From NCBI GenBank assembly GCA_027449745.1, contig DAIDKZ010000205.1, positions 1,798 to 65,797 on the forward strand: a stretch of 64,000 nt of DNA. Reading direction: 5' to 3'. The notes under the pieces are model-generated. The model did not search any database. It was not told the DNA's origin and worked only from the letters and a program-made list of their open reading frames with translations. Of this stretch, positions 1-9,695 are shown in pieces (position 1 is the stretch's first letter; every line of letters starts with the position of its first letter). A program made the translations under genes and the position numbers. The DNA is from Acetobacteraceae bacterium (GTDB lineage Bacteria > Pseudomonadota > Alphaproteobacteria > Acetobacterales > Acetobacteraceae).

Positions 1-830
1 TCGCCATCGGCCCCGAGGTCGGCCCGCGCGAGGCGCGGATCGGCCAGCGCGTCATTGTGCATCACTATCACGGCTGCGGCGTCTGCGAGCATTGCCGTGG
101 CGGCTGGACGCAGATGTGCGCCGAAACGCCGGATGCGATCTACGGCATCACCGCCCATGGCGGCCACGCCCCCTACATGAAGGTGCCGGCGAGCACGCTC
201 GTCACGCTGCCGGACACGCTCTCGTTCGAGACCGGCGCGGCGATGGCATGCGGCACCGGCACGGCCTATGGCGCGCTGCGGCGTATGGCGCTGTCGGGCA
301 ACGACACGATCGCGATCTTCGGCCAGGGGCCGGTCGGGCTCTCGGCGACGCAGTTCGCCGCCGCGATGGGGGCGCGGGTGATCGCCTTCGACATCAGCCC
401 CGAGCGCCTGGCGCGCGCGCGCGAGCTCGGCGCCGAGGAGGTGTTCGACCCGCGCGGCGTCGACCCGGTGGCGGCGATCCGCGAGCTCACCGGCGGGCGC
501 GGGGCGGAGAAGACGCTGGACACGTCGAGCGCGCCGGACGCGCGCGCCGCGGCGGTGAAGGCAACGCGGGCCTGGGGGACGTGCTGCCTGGTGGGCGAGG
601 GCGGCGGCATCAGCCTCGATGTCAGCACCGACATCCTGCGCCGGCAGGTGACCATCATCGGCTCCTGGACCTTCTCCACCGTGGGCCTCGCCGAGTGCGC
701 CCGCTTCGTCGCCGAGCGCAGGATCGACGTCGATCACCTGTTCACCCATCGCTGGTCGCTCGCCGAGGGCGAGGCGGCGTACCGGCTGTTCGATACCCAG
801 GCGACCGGCAAAGGGGTGTTCCTGATGTGA
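1..830 (+). CDS. Zn-dependent alcohol dehydrogenase (MDR family), 5' end outside window
   Basis: Open in the frame of ORF 57..830 back to the window edge. Structural-zinc motif CGVCEHCRGGWTQMC and Rossmann GQGPVGL present. Stop at 828-830. Confidence 0.8.
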   Translation, partial: AIGPEVGPREARIGQRVIVHHYHGCGVCEHCRGGWTQMCAETPDAIYGITAHGGHAPYMKVPASTLVTLPDTLSFETGAAMACGTGTAYGALRRMALSGNDTIAIFGQGPVGLSATQFAAAMGARVIAFDISPERLARARELGAEEVFDPRGVDPVAAIRELTGGRGAEKTLDTSSAPDARAAAVKATRAWGTCCLVGEGGGISLDVSTDILRRQVTIIGSWTFSTVGLAECARFVAERRIDVDHLFTHRWSLAEGEAAYRLFDTQATGKGVFLM

Positions 831-1600
831 GCGGGGTGCTGGCCATTCCCTCGCTGCGCGAGCGGGTCTCGCCGGCGGAGTGGGCCGCGCGGGTCGATCT
901 CGCGGCGTGCTACCGGCTGGTCGATCTCTATGGCATGACCGACATGATCGCCAACCACATCTCCGCCCGTGTGCCCGGCGAGGAGGGCGCCTTCCTGATC
1001 AACGCCTATGGCCTGTTCTATGAGGAGATCACCGCCTCCTCGCTGATCAAGCTCGATCTCGATGGCAATGTCCTGCTCGCGCCGGAGATCGGGCTCGGCG
1101 TGAATCGCGCTGGCTTCGTCATCCATTCCGCCATCCATCGGGCGCGGCCGGAGGTCGGCTGCGTCATTCATACCCACACCTGGGCGGGCATGGCGCTGTC
1201 GGCGCTGCCCTGCGGCCTGCTGCCGCTGACCCAGACGGCGATGCGCTTCGCCCGCGTGCCGCGCCATGCCTATGAGAGCGTGGCCATCGACCTCGACGAG
1301 CAGTCCCGCCTCGTCGCCGATCTCGGCGACGCGGAGGTGATGATCCTCGACAATCACGGTCTGCTCGCGGTCGGGCCGAGCATTCCCGAGGCGTTCAGCA
1401 ACATCTACCGGCTCGAACTCGCGGCCCGGACGCAGCTTTCGGCGATGGCCTGCCAGGCCGGGCTGATCACGCCGGCGCCGGAGGTGATCGCGCGCACCAA
1501 CCACCTCTATCGCCCGGACGTCCGCCGCCCCTGGGGCGTGCTGGAATGGCCAGGCCTGCTGCGCCGGCTGGACCGGCGGGACGCGTCGTTCCGCCTTTAG
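827..1600 (+). CDS. class II aldolase/adducin family protein
   Basis: C-terminal 257 aa of ORF 92..1600. GTG at 827 overlaps the upstream stop (GTGA). Region FVIHSAIHRARPEVGCVIHTHT is typical of class II aldolase/adducin domains. Confidence 0.8.
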   Translation: MSGVLAIPSLRERVSPAEWAARVDLAACYRLVDLYGMTDMIANHISARVPGEEGAFLINAYGLFYEEITASSLIKLDLDGNVLLAPEIGLGVNRAGFVIHSAIHRARPEVGCVIHTHTWAGMALSALPCGLLPLTQTAMRFARVPRHAYESVAIDLDEQSRLVADLGDAEVMILDNHGLLAVGPSIPEAFSNIYRLELAARTQLSAMACQAGLITPAPEVIARTNHLYRPDVRRPWGVLEWPGLLRRLDRRDASFRL

Positions 1601-1726
1601 CGTCTGTCCGCCGCAGCGGTGTCAGCCTGCCGTAATGGCGGGCGTGATAATATCGCTCATGCATCCGTATGACCTTCGGCAGGGTTCAGCCATGGGCGTG
1701 GCGCCGCTGGCAGCGGCGGCGGCCGG

Positions 1727-2653
1727 GTGACGGCGCGCTTCATTCTGTCGTTCGACTGCGAAGGCAAGTGGGGGGTGGCGGACCGGCTCACGCCGAGCCT
1801 CGATCGCGCCCTGTGCGAGGCCAATCTCCGCGCCGCCTACGCGGCCGTGGCCGCTCTGCTCGCGGAATACGAAATCGCCGCCACCTTCAGCTTCGTCGGC
1901 TGCTTCGTCCAGCCCGCCTATGAATTGCGGCGCCTGCCGCTGCGTGCGATCGCCGCCGAGCTGCCGTACCTGGTCAGCGCCGTCGAGGGCATCGCGGCAG
2001 GCGCGGAGGGCTGGACCGGCGACTGGGCGCTCGATGCCATCGCGCCCTGCCACGAGATCGGCCTGCACGGCGTGACGCACGTGCCATGGACGAGCATGAC
2101 CGCGGCGCAGGCGCGGCGGGAGATGGCGCTGGTGCCGCTGCATTCCGGCATGACCTTCACCTTTCCCCGCAACCGGGTGGCGCATCCGGACATCCTCGAG
2201 GAGTTCGACATCCTCGGCTATCGCGCCGCCCCCCGGCCGCGCTCGCGCCTGCGCTCGCTCGCCGCGGAATTCGATCTCCGCACGCGCCCGGATGCGGATC
2301 AGCCGATGCAGACGCCGCAGGCCATTCCGCCGGGCCATTTCGTCAACTGGCCCAGCGGGCCGCGGCGGCTGGTCCCGCTCGGCCTCAGCCGCCTTCGCGC
2401 CCGGCGGATGCTGGAGCGCGGCGCCGACGCGTTCGGGGTGGTGCATTACTGGAGCCATCCCGAAAACGTCGCCACGGCGCCGCAGACGCTCGCGGTGCTG
2501 CGCGCGATCCTGCGCGAGGTGGCGCGCCTGCGCGACCGGGGGCGGCTGGTGGTGATGACGCAAGCCCAGTACTGCCTCGCGCGTGCGCGTGAACACGCGC
2601 GGACCCTCGGCACCGTTCCGCGCGGCGACATCGTAGCCGTGGCCGCGCCGTAG
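1727..2653 (+). CDS. polysaccharide deacetylase-like protein (weak family assignment)
   Basis: ORF 1727..2653 has ordinary amino-acid composition, unlike the Arg-rich antisense ORF 1622..2701. FDCEG...HGVTH pattern resembles NodB-type deacetylases. Confidence 0.55.
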   Translation: MTARFILSFDCEGKWGVADRLTPSLDRALCEANLRAAYAAVAALLAEYEIAATFSFVGCFVQPAYELRRLPLRAIAAELPYLVSAVEGIAAGAEGWTGDWALDAIAPCHEIGLHGVTHVPWTSMTAAQARREMALVPLHSGMTFTFPRNRVAHPDILEEFDILGYRAAPRPRSRLRSLAAEFDLRTRPDADQPMQTPQAIPPGHFVNWPSGPRRLVPLGLSRLRARRMLERGADAFGVVHYWSHPENVATAPQTLAVLRAILREVARLRDRGRLVVMTQAQYCLARAREHARTLGTVPRGDIVAVAAP

Positions 2654-2737
2654 ATCCGCTCGCCGCCCCGCGATCTGGACGGCGCCCGGCGCCTGGGTCA
2701 CTCTGGAGCCCAGGACACGGAAGGGAGTTCGGAGGAC

Positions 2738-4387
2738 ATGTCGCAGACGAGGCCGAATGCCAGCACGGCGCCCACGGCGAACGGGCGAGCCGACGACGCG
2801 CTCGATGCGCTGATCATCGGCGCCGGATTCTCAGGCCTCTATCAGCTCTACAGCCTGCGCGACCGTCTCGGCCTCTCGGTGGAATTGCTGGAGGCGGCGG
2901 ACGGGGTCGGCGGTACCTGGTACTGGAACCGCTATCCCGGCGCGCGCTGCGATTCCGAGAGCCATTCCTACTGCTATTCGTTCTCCGAGGCGCTGCACCA
3001 GGAATGGACCTGGAGCGAGCGCTACCCGGAGCAGCCGGAAATCCTGCGCTACCTCAACCACGTCGCCGATCGGTTCGATCTCAAGCGGAATATCCGCTTC
3101 GGGACCCGCGTCGTCGCGGCGCGCTACGATGCGGCGGATAATCGCTGGCACGTGACGACGGAGCGCGGCGAGCATCTCTCCGCCCGGTTCCTCATCACCG
3201 CCGTCGGCTGCCTCTCCTCGGCGAATGTGCCGGACATTCCGGGGCGGGATGATTTCGCCGGCAAATGGTACCACACCGGCACGTGGCCGCGCGAAGGCGT
3301 GGATTTTTCCGGCAAGCGCGTCGGGCTGATCGGCACCGGCTCGACCGGGATCCAGGCCGCGCCGGTGATCGCGGAAACGGCGGCGCATCTGACCGTGTTC
3401 CAGCGCACGGCGAACTACAGCATCCCCGCCCGCAACGCGCCGCTCACGCCGGCGTTTCAGGACCATGTGCGCGAGCATTTCGCCGAGATCCGCGCGCTGA
3501 TGCACGCCACCGCCAACGGCCATCCGTTCGCGGTCGCCGACCGCTCAGCGCTCGCCACGGAGCCGGCGGAGCGCGAGGCGATCTACGAGGCGGCTTGGCA
3601 GAAGGGCGGTCTGCAATTCCGCGCCACGTTCCGCGATCTCCTGGTGGACAAGGCGGCCAACGACACCGCAGCGGACTTCATCCGCCGCAAGATCCGCGCC
3701 GTGGTGAAGGACCCGGTGAAAGCGGCGATCCTTACCGACATCGACCACCCGTTCGCCGCCAAGCGCCCGCCGATCGACAGTTTCTACTTCGAAACCTTCA
3801 ACCGCGACAATGTCGATCTGGTCGATCTCCGCGCCGCGCCGATCGAGCGCATCACGGCGCGCGGCGTGCGCACGCGAGAGGCCGAATATCCGCTCGACAT
3901 CATCGTCTTCGCCACCGGGTTCGATGCCATGACCGGTGCCCTGCTGGGCATCGGCCTCACCGGGCGCGACGGGGTGAGCCTGCGCGAGCATTGGAGCGCC
4001 GGGCCGCGCACCTATCTCGGCCTGCAGACCGACGGGTTTCCGAACCTGTTCACCATCACCGGGCCGGGCAGCCCGTCGGTGCTGTGCAACATGCCGGTGC
4101 CGATCGAGCAGCATGTGGACTGGATCACCGCCTGCATCGCCCAGATGCGTGCCCGCGGCCAGAGCCGGATCGAGCCGACGGCGGAGGCGGTGGCCGGCTG
4201 GGTGGAGCATGTGAACGCGGCGGCGAACGCCACGCTGCTGCCGCAGGTCGGCCATTCCTGGTATCTCGGCGCCAACGTTCCCGGCAAGCCGCGCGTGTTC
4301 ATGCCCTATGCCGGCGGCATGGCGCAGTACCGGGAGATCTGCGACGACGTGGCGGCGCGGGGGTATGCGGGGTTCGTTCTGAGCTGA
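2738..4387 (+). CDS. Baeyer-Villiger (flavin-containing) monooxygenase, paralog 1
   Basis: GAGFSGLY FAD fold, BVMO fingerprint FAGKWYHTGTWP, second dinucleotide fold GTGSTGIQ. Clearly paralogous to 21143..22759. Confidence 0.9.
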   Translation: MSQTRPNASTAPTANGRADDALDALIIGAGFSGLYQLYSLRDRLGLSVELLEAADGVGGTWYWNRYPGARCDSESHSYCYSFSEALHQEWTWSERYPEQPEILRYLNHVADRFDLKRNIRFGTRVVAARYDAADNRWHVTTERGEHLSARFLITAVGCLSSANVPDIPGRDDFAGKWYHTGTWPREGVDFSGKRVGLIGTGSTGIQAAPVIAETAAHLTVFQRTANYSIPARNAPLTPAFQDHVREHFAEIRALMHATANGHPFAVADRSALATEPAEREAIYEAAWQKGGLQFRATFRDLLVDKAANDTAADFIRRKIRAVVKDPVKAAILTDIDHPFAAKRPPIDSFYFETFNRDNVDLVDLRAAPIERITARGVRTREAEYPLDIIVFATGFDAMTGALLGIGLTGRDGVSLREHWSAGPRTYLGLQTDGFPNLFTITGPGSPSVLCNMPVPIEQHVDWITACIAQMRARGQSRIEPTAEAVAGWVEHVNAAANATLLPQVGHSWYLGANVPGKPRVFMPYAGGMAQYREICDDVAARGYAGFVLS

Positions 4388-4400
4388 AGCGCCCCCCGCC

Positions 4401-5597
4401 TCAGGCGGTGCGCGCCGGCGCGTGCGCGCGCTGCCGCTCCAGCCAGCCGCCGATACGCCCCACCGCCTCGCGTAGCGCATCCAGGCTCGCGGCGTAGGAA
4501 ATCCGCACATTGCCGTCGCCGAAGGCGCCGAAACTGGTGCCAGAGACGGTGGCGACGCCGGCCTCGTTCAGCAGCCGCGTCTGCAGGGTGCGCGAATCGA
4601 AGCCGGTGCCGGTGATGTTGGGGAAGGCGTAGAACGCTCCGCCCGGCGTGGCGCAGCGGAACCCGGGCAGCGCGTTCAGCGCCGGGACGATATAGGCCCG
4701 GCGCTCGGCGAAGGCGGCCATCATCTGCTCCACCGGCGCGCGCGGCCCGGTCAGCGCCGCGATGCCGGCGAACTGCGCCGCGGCGTTGACGCAGGAATGC
4801 GAGTTGATCGCCAGCCGTTCGGCGTAGGGAAACAGCGCCGCCGGCCAGACGCCGAAGCCCAGCCGCCAGCCGGTCATCGCGTAGGTCTTGCTCCAGCCAT
4901 CGAGCAGGATCAGCCGGTCCTCGAGCTCAGGATAGGTCGTCAGGCTGACATGCGTGCCCTCGTAGACCATCTCGCCGTAGATCTCGTCGGACATGATGGC
5001 CACGTCCGGATGGCGGGCGAGGCCGGCGACGAGGCGGTCCAGCTCGTGCTTCGGCACCACGCCGCCCGTCGGGTTGGCCGGGCTGTTGAGGATGATGAGC
5101 CGTGTGCGCGGCGTGATCAGCCCCAGCACCTCCTCGGCATCGAACGAAAAGCCATTGCTTTCGTGCAGCCGGATCGGCACCGGCGTGGCGCCGGAATAGC
5201 GGATCACGCTCTCGTAGATCGGGAAGCCGGGATTGGGATAGAGAATCTCCGTGCCCGGCTCGCCGAACATCGAGATGGCGAAGAACATCGTCACCTTGCC
5301 GCCGGGAACGATCAGCACGCGGTCGGGCGAGATCGTCACGCCGTGGCGGCGATGCAGGTCGGCCACCACCGCCTCGCGCAGCGGCAGGATGCCGTTCGCC
5401 GGCGTGTAGCCGTGATGGCCGTCGGCCAGCGCCTTGCGCCCCGCCTCGACGATGTGCGCCGGCGTGGCGAAGTCCGGCTGGCCGATGCCGAGATTGATGA
5501 TGCTCTTCCCCTCCCGCTGCAGCGCCTGCGCCCGCGCGAGGACCTCGAACGCGGACTCGGTGCCGAGCTGGCTCATGCGTGCGGCGAGGATCGGCAT
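4401..5597 (-). CDS. pyridoxal-phosphate-dependent aminotransferase (class I/II, aspartate aminotransferase-like)
   Basis: C-terminal 398 aa of ORF 4401..6914 starting MPILAARMSQLGTESAF (ATG at 5597). NSPANPTG and SKTYAMTGWRLG motifs present. The upstream part of the ORF is Arg/Gly-rich and overlaps the MFS gene in another frame. Confidence 0.9.
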   Translation of the reverse strand: MPILAARMSQLGTESAFEVLARAQALQREGKSIINLGIGQPDFATPAHIVEAGRKALADGHHGYTPANGILPLREAVVADLHRRHGVTISPDRVLIVPGGKVTMFFAISMFGEPGTEILYPNPGFPIYESVIRYSGATPVPIRLHESNGFSFDAEEVLGLITPRTRLIILNSPANPTGGVVPKHELDRLVAGLARHPDVAIMSDEIYGEMVYEGTHVSLTTYPELEDRLILLDGWSKTYAMTGWRLGFGVWPAALFPYAERLAINSHSCVNAAAQFAGIAALTGPRAPVEQMMAAFAERRAYIVPALNALPGFRCATPGGAFYAFPNITGTGFDSRTLQTRLLNEAGVATVSGTSFGAFGDGNVRISYAASLDALREAVGRIGGWLERQRAHAPARTA

Positions 5598-5719
5598 GGG
5601 CGTTTTCCTTCCCTTCAGGAGAGCGGCGACGGCACGCGGGGGGCGCCGATGCCTGCGGCCCTCTCGTAGAGCATATCGTCGTAGAGCATTCTGGCCGGGA
5701 TGGGAATCGCGCGGCGCGC

Positions 5720-6892
5720 CTACTCGAAGGCGAGGCGCGCCGTGCGGCTGCGGGCCCGCTGCCAGGCCACCAGGGCCAGCGCCACGGCGACGCCGGGCAT
5801 GACCCCGGCATTCAGCGCCAGCCAGCCGGCGTAGCGGTGCAGCACGCCGGAGAGCAGCGCGGTGCAGGTGACGGTGCCGAAGACGAGGAAATCGTTCGCC
5901 GCCTGCGCGCGAACCCGTTCCTCCGGCGCGTGCGCGAGGGAAAGCAGGGCGGTGGCGCCGACGAACATGAAGTTCCATCCGACGCCGAGCAGCACCAGCT
6001 CGACCACGAAGACGTCGTAGCCGTTCCCTGCCCAGGCGGTCGCCGCGCAGAGCAGGATCAGCACCCCGCCCGCCGTCACCACCGGGCGCGCGCCGTGGCG
6101 GGCGATCAGCGGGCCGGTGATGAAGCCCGGCGCATACATCGCGATCGAGTGCCAGCGGATCACGTTCACCGCGTCGTTGACGCCGAACCCGCAGGCCATC
6201 ATCTGCAGCGGCGTCGAGGTCATGATCAGGTTCATCGAGCCATAGGCGACGAGCCCGGCGATGACGGCGACGAGGAAGTCCGGGCGGGCGACGATCACGG
6301 CGAGCGGCGTCGGCGTCGCGGGGCGCGGCGGCGGCGGTGGCAGGCGGGCCACGCTCAGCAGCAGCATCGTCACCAGCGGCGGGATCGCCAGCACGAGATA
6401 GGTGCCGAGGAACAGCAGCGGCGCGGCCAGTGCCTTGGTGTCCTTCACCAGTTCCGGGCCGATGATGGCCGCGAGGATGCCGCCGGCCATCACCAGCGCG
6501 ATGGCGCGCGGCCGCGCGTGGGGAGCGGCGACCTCGGCGGCGGCGAAGCGGTAATGCTGGGCGATGCCGAAGGCCAGCCCCGCCGGCACCGAGCCCAGGC
6601 AGTAAAGAATGAAATCGGCCCGCCAGACGGCGACGGCGAACACCAGGCTGGCGACCAGCGCCGAGCCCGCGCCGAGCAGGAACCCCGGCCGGCGCCCGAG
6701 CCGCGTGAACACCGCCCCGGCCGGGATCGACGCCGACATCATCGCCGCCATCTGCACTGCGTACGGCACGGTGGCGAGCGCCTTGTCGGGGGCGAGGCTG
6801 TAGCCGATCAGCGCGCTCATCGCCGCCTGGCCGATGATGGCGAGGTTGGTCAGCGCCTGACAGAAGAAGAGCAGCCAGACCGCCAGCGTCAT
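5720..6892 (-). CDS. MFS transporter
   Basis: ORF 5720..6892, about 12 hydrophobic segments. ATG overlaps the thiL stop (ATGA at 6889-6892). Confidence 0.85.
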   Translation of the reverse strand: MTLAVWLLFFCQALTNLAIIGQAAMSALIGYSLAPDKALATVPYAVQMAAMMSASIPAGAVFTRLGRRPGFLLGAGSALVASLVFAVAVWRADFILYCLGSVPAGLAFGIAQHYRFAAAEVAAPHARPRAIALVMAGGILAAIIGPELVKDTKALAAPLLFLGTYLVLAIPPLVTMLLLSVARLPPPPPRPATPTPLAVIVARPDFLVAVIAGLVAYGSMNLIMTSTPLQMMACGFGVNDAVNVIRWHSIAMYAPGFITGPLIARHGARPVVTAGGVLILLCAATAWAGNGYDVFVVELVLLGVGWNFMFVGATALLSLAHAPEERVRAQAANDFLVFGTVTCTALLSGVLHRYAGWLALNAGVMPGVAVALALVAWQRARSRTARLAFE

Positions 6893-7869
6893 CCGAAATG
6901 GCTCCAGCCGCCATGGTCGAGCATCATCGCCGCGCCGGTCTCGTCGCGCACGCGCACGACAGCGGGGCCGGCCACGAAGCGGCCGATGCGCGTCAGCGGC
7001 ACGGTCGTGGAAAGGCCGGCCAGGGCCGGTTCGTGTTCGGGCGGCACGGCCATCAGCACTTCGTAATCATCCCCTCCGGTCAGGCAGGTGGCGAGCCATG
7101 CCGGCCCCGCTGCCCTGGCCGCCGCCGAGCGCGGCACCAGCGCCGCCTCGATCTCGGCGCCCACCCCGCCGCCATCCACTCCGCCATCGCTCACTCCACC
7201 GGCGCGGCACAGATGCCCTAGATCCTGCACCAGCCCGTCCGAGACGTCGAGACAGGCGGCGACGAGCTCGGCACGCACCAGCCCGAGCCGTGGTTCGGGC
7301 AGACGATAGCGTGCAGCGAGCGCCCCGGTCGGGTCCGCCAGCCGTCCCTGCAGCGCCGCCAGCCCGAGCGCGGCATCGCCGATCGTGCCACTGACCCAGA
7401 TGCCGTATCCGGCCCGCGCCCCGGCCCGGCGCACCGCCGTGCCCGGGGCAACGGTGCCGAGGATGGTCAGCGACAGCGTGATCGGCCCCGGCGTGGAGGT
7501 GGTGTCGCCGCCATAGAGGCCGATCCCGTAGCGCGTCTGGTCCGCGGCGAGCCCGGCGGCGAAGGCGGCGAACCAGGCATCCGGCGTCGCGCGCGGGGCG
7601 GCGAGTGTCAGCAGATAGCCGAGCGGCGCGGCGCCCTTGGCGGCGAGGTCCGAGAGGTTCACCCGCAGCAGCTTGCGCGCGACCAGGTCCGGCGGGTCGG
7701 CGGGCAGGAAATGCACGCCTTCGACCATGGCATCGGCCGAGAGCACGAGCTCGCGCCCCGGCGGCGGGATGAGGAAGGCGGCGTCGTCGCCGAGACCGAG
7801 CCCCTCGGGGGCGGCGAGGGGGCGGAAATGCCGCGCGATCAGCGCAAACTCGCCCGGCAGCTCGCTCAA
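6889..7869 (-). CDS. thiL: thiamine-monophosphate kinase
   Basis: ThiL/PurM-superfamily pattern GEFALIARHF...GLGDDAAFL...VEGVHF...NLSDLAAKGA. TTG at 7869 is preceded by GGAGGA with a 6-nt spacer and overlaps the upstream stop (TTGA). The N-terminal 107 aa of ORF 6889..8190 are rejected as overlap with the upstream gene. Confidence 0.85.
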   Translation of the reverse strand: MSELPGEFALIARHFRPLAAPEGLGLGDDAAFLIPPPGRELVLSADAMVEGVHFLPADPPDLVARKLLRVNLSDLAAKGAAPLGYLLTLAAPRATPDAWFAAFAAGLAADQTRYGIGLYGGDTTSTPGPITLSLTILGTVAPGTAVRRAGARAGYGIWVSGTIGDAALGLAALQGRLADPTGALAARYRLPEPRLGLVRAELVAACLDVSDGLVQDLGHLCRAGGVSDGGVDGGGVGAEIEAALVPRSAAARAAGPAWLATCLTGGDDYEVLMAVPPEHEPALAGLSTTVPLTRIGRFVAGPAVVRVRDETGAAMMLDHGGWSHFG

Positions 7870-9695
7870 CCCCGGTCCTCCGGCGGGCGCGGCGAGCAGG
7901 ACGCGGCGCCGAAGACGCAGAACCGGGCGCAATGCGGGTGGTTCAGCGTCACCGCACCCGCCGCCTCGGCCAGGCTGGCGCCGAGATCGAAGTCCGGCGC
8001 GTAGGGTTGCAGCGTGCAGGCGGTGACCCGTGGCGCCGCCTCGCCCTTGCGGTGGACGACCATGCGCGAGGTCGCGCACATCACCGCGCGGCCCCGGCTC
8101 TGCAGCGCCTGCCAGCTCGTCGCGCTGATCTCCGGCGGGTCGGACGGGTCGTCGAGTTCGGGGAACAGCACGAGTGCCGCCGGATCCCACGCGTCGATGG
8201 CGAGCGAGCGCGCCTGGAACAGGGCGGCGAAGCCGGCGCGAAACTCCGCTTCCGGCACGCCGGCGTCGAAGCGCGCAGCGATGCTGGTTTGGATGCCGGT
8301 TGCCAGGAGCCAGGCGATGGCGTCGAGCGCCGGGGCGAAGGTGCCGGCACCGCGGATCCGCTCATGGGCTTCCGGCCTGTGGTGATCGAGCGAGACGCGC
8401 AGCGCGAGCCGGCCGGGATGGGCCGCGTGCAGACGTGCCAGCGTGGCAAGGTGGCGCTGCATCGGGCGCAGCGCGTTGGTCAGCACCAGGGTGTCGTAGC
8501 CGCGCTCCAGCGCCGCCGCGATCATGCCCGGCACCGCCGCGTTCATGAACGGCTCGCCGCCGGTGAATCCGATTTCGCGCAGTTCGGGATGCGCGCCGGC
8601 GGCCTCTTCGAGGAACCGGTCGAAATCCGCGCGCGCGAGATAGACCAGCCGGTCGTTGCGCGGCGTGCTCTCGATGTAGCAGCCGGTGCAGGCGATGTTG
8701 CAGAGCGTGCCGGTGTTGAACCAGAGCGTGCTCAGCCCTTCCAGCCCGACCCGCGCATGCGGTTCGCCCGCCGCCGTCGTGGCCGGATGCGCGAAGCGCG
8801 CCGGCCGGGGCGCGGGCGCCATCGCGGCCTCGCGATGCCAGAGCTCGACCGAGGCGGCGATCGCCCGGCCGGTGGCGGCCTGTTCCTCGGCGGGCAGCAC
8901 GTCGAAGCTCGGCCAGATGCCGCTCTCCATCGTTTCGGCATAGTCCGGCGGCAGGCCGGCCGCGCGCATCGCCGCGGAAGCGGCGCGGTGATCGTAGTCG
9001 AGCGGGCAGTGGCGGATTTCGATCTCCCCGCCGCGCGGCGTCAGCAGGCTGAACCAGACGCGCGGCGTGCCGTCATTGGCGGGCAGGCCGATCGCCCCGG
9101 AATTGTGCCACAGGCGAGCGCCCATCCGGCGGGTGAAGGGCACGCCGCAATGCCCGCCGATCACGCCGTCCACCCCGGCCAGCGCCAGCTCGGCCGCCAG
9201 CGCCGCGTCCGGCATGGAGGCGAAGACGAAGCGGTTGATCAGGCTCGGCGCGCCATGGACCACGGCGAGCCGGTGTCCGGCCAGCACGAGATCGATGCGC
9301 CCCGGCAGCGTCGCCATCCAGCGCCGGTCGTCCGGATCGACCGCGTTCGAGGCGTAGGTGAACCAGGCGGCGGAGAGGCGCTCGCAGGCGGTGCCGGGCG
9401 CGAAGCCGCAGCCGCAATCCCCGGCCTCCTGCGCCAGGGATTCCTCGCAATTGCCCATCACCGTGGCGATGCGAGCGGCGCGGATCAGCGCCACCGTCGC
9501 GCGCGGATCGGCGCCGTAGGCGACGACGTCGCCGGTGCAGATCATGCGCTCGGGCGGAATTCCGCGCCGCCGGGCCTCGGCCAGGAGGGCTTCGGTCGCC
9601 TGCAGGTTGCTGTAGCAGCCGCCGAATACGAGCACCGGCCCATCGGCGTGGATGACGGGCGGGGCCTGGATCTCGATCCGCGCGCCATCAAGCAT
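7866..9695 (-). CDS. fusion protein: N-terminal metallophosphoesterase-like domain + C-terminal radical SAM domain (ArsS-like, Cys-rich C-terminus)
   Basis: Single uninterrupted 609-aa ORF. Phosphoesterase-type motifs are [17 protein letters not shown] and GGHCG. The radical-SAM cluster motif CNIACTGC (aa 332-339, nt 8679-8702) is followed by GFTGGEPF. The C-terminal cysteines lie in [16 protein letters not shown]. Confidence 0.85.
   Translation of the reverse strand: MLDGARIEIQAPPVIHADGPVLVFGGCYSNLQATEALLAEARRRGIPPERMICTGDVVAYGADPRATVALIRAARIATVMGNCEESLAQEAGDCGCGFAPGTACERLSAAWFTYASNAVDPDDRRWMATLPGRIDLVLAGHRLAVVHGAPSLINRFVFASMPDAALAAELALAGVDGVIGGHCGVPFTRRMGARLWHNSGAIGLPANDGTPRVWFSLLTPRGGEIEIRHCPLDYDHRAASAAMRAAGLPPDYAETMESGIWPSFDVLPAEEQAATGRAIAASVELWHREAAMAPAPRPARFAHPATTAAGEPHARVGLEGLSTLWFNTGTLCNIACTGCYIESTPRNDRLVYLARADFDRFLEEAAGAHPELREIGFTGGEPFMNAAVPGMIAAALERGYDTLVLTNALRPMQRHLATLARLHAAHPGRLALRVSLDHHRPEAHERIRGAGTFAPALDAIAWLLATGIQTSIAARFDAGVPEAEFRAGFAALFQARSLAIDAWDPAALVLFPELDDPSDPPEISATSWQALQSRGRAVMCATSRMVVHRKGEAAPRVTACTLQPYAPDFDLGASLAEAAGAVTLNHPHCARFCVFGAASCSPRPPEDRG

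Noticed and set aside
4401-6914. 837-aa minus-strand ORF treated as a single gene
   Set aside because: The N-terminal ~440 aa are Arg/Gly/Pro-rich and overlap the clearly hydrophobic MFS gene (5720-6892) in another frame. The aminotransferase homology begins at MPILAARM (ATG 5597).
6889-8190. 433-aa version of the thiL ORF
   Set aside because: The first 107 aa are Arg/Gly/Pro-rich and overlap the 3' end of the radical-SAM fusion gene. ThiL homology starts at [10 protein letters not shown], right after a TTG with a strong GGAGGA SD.
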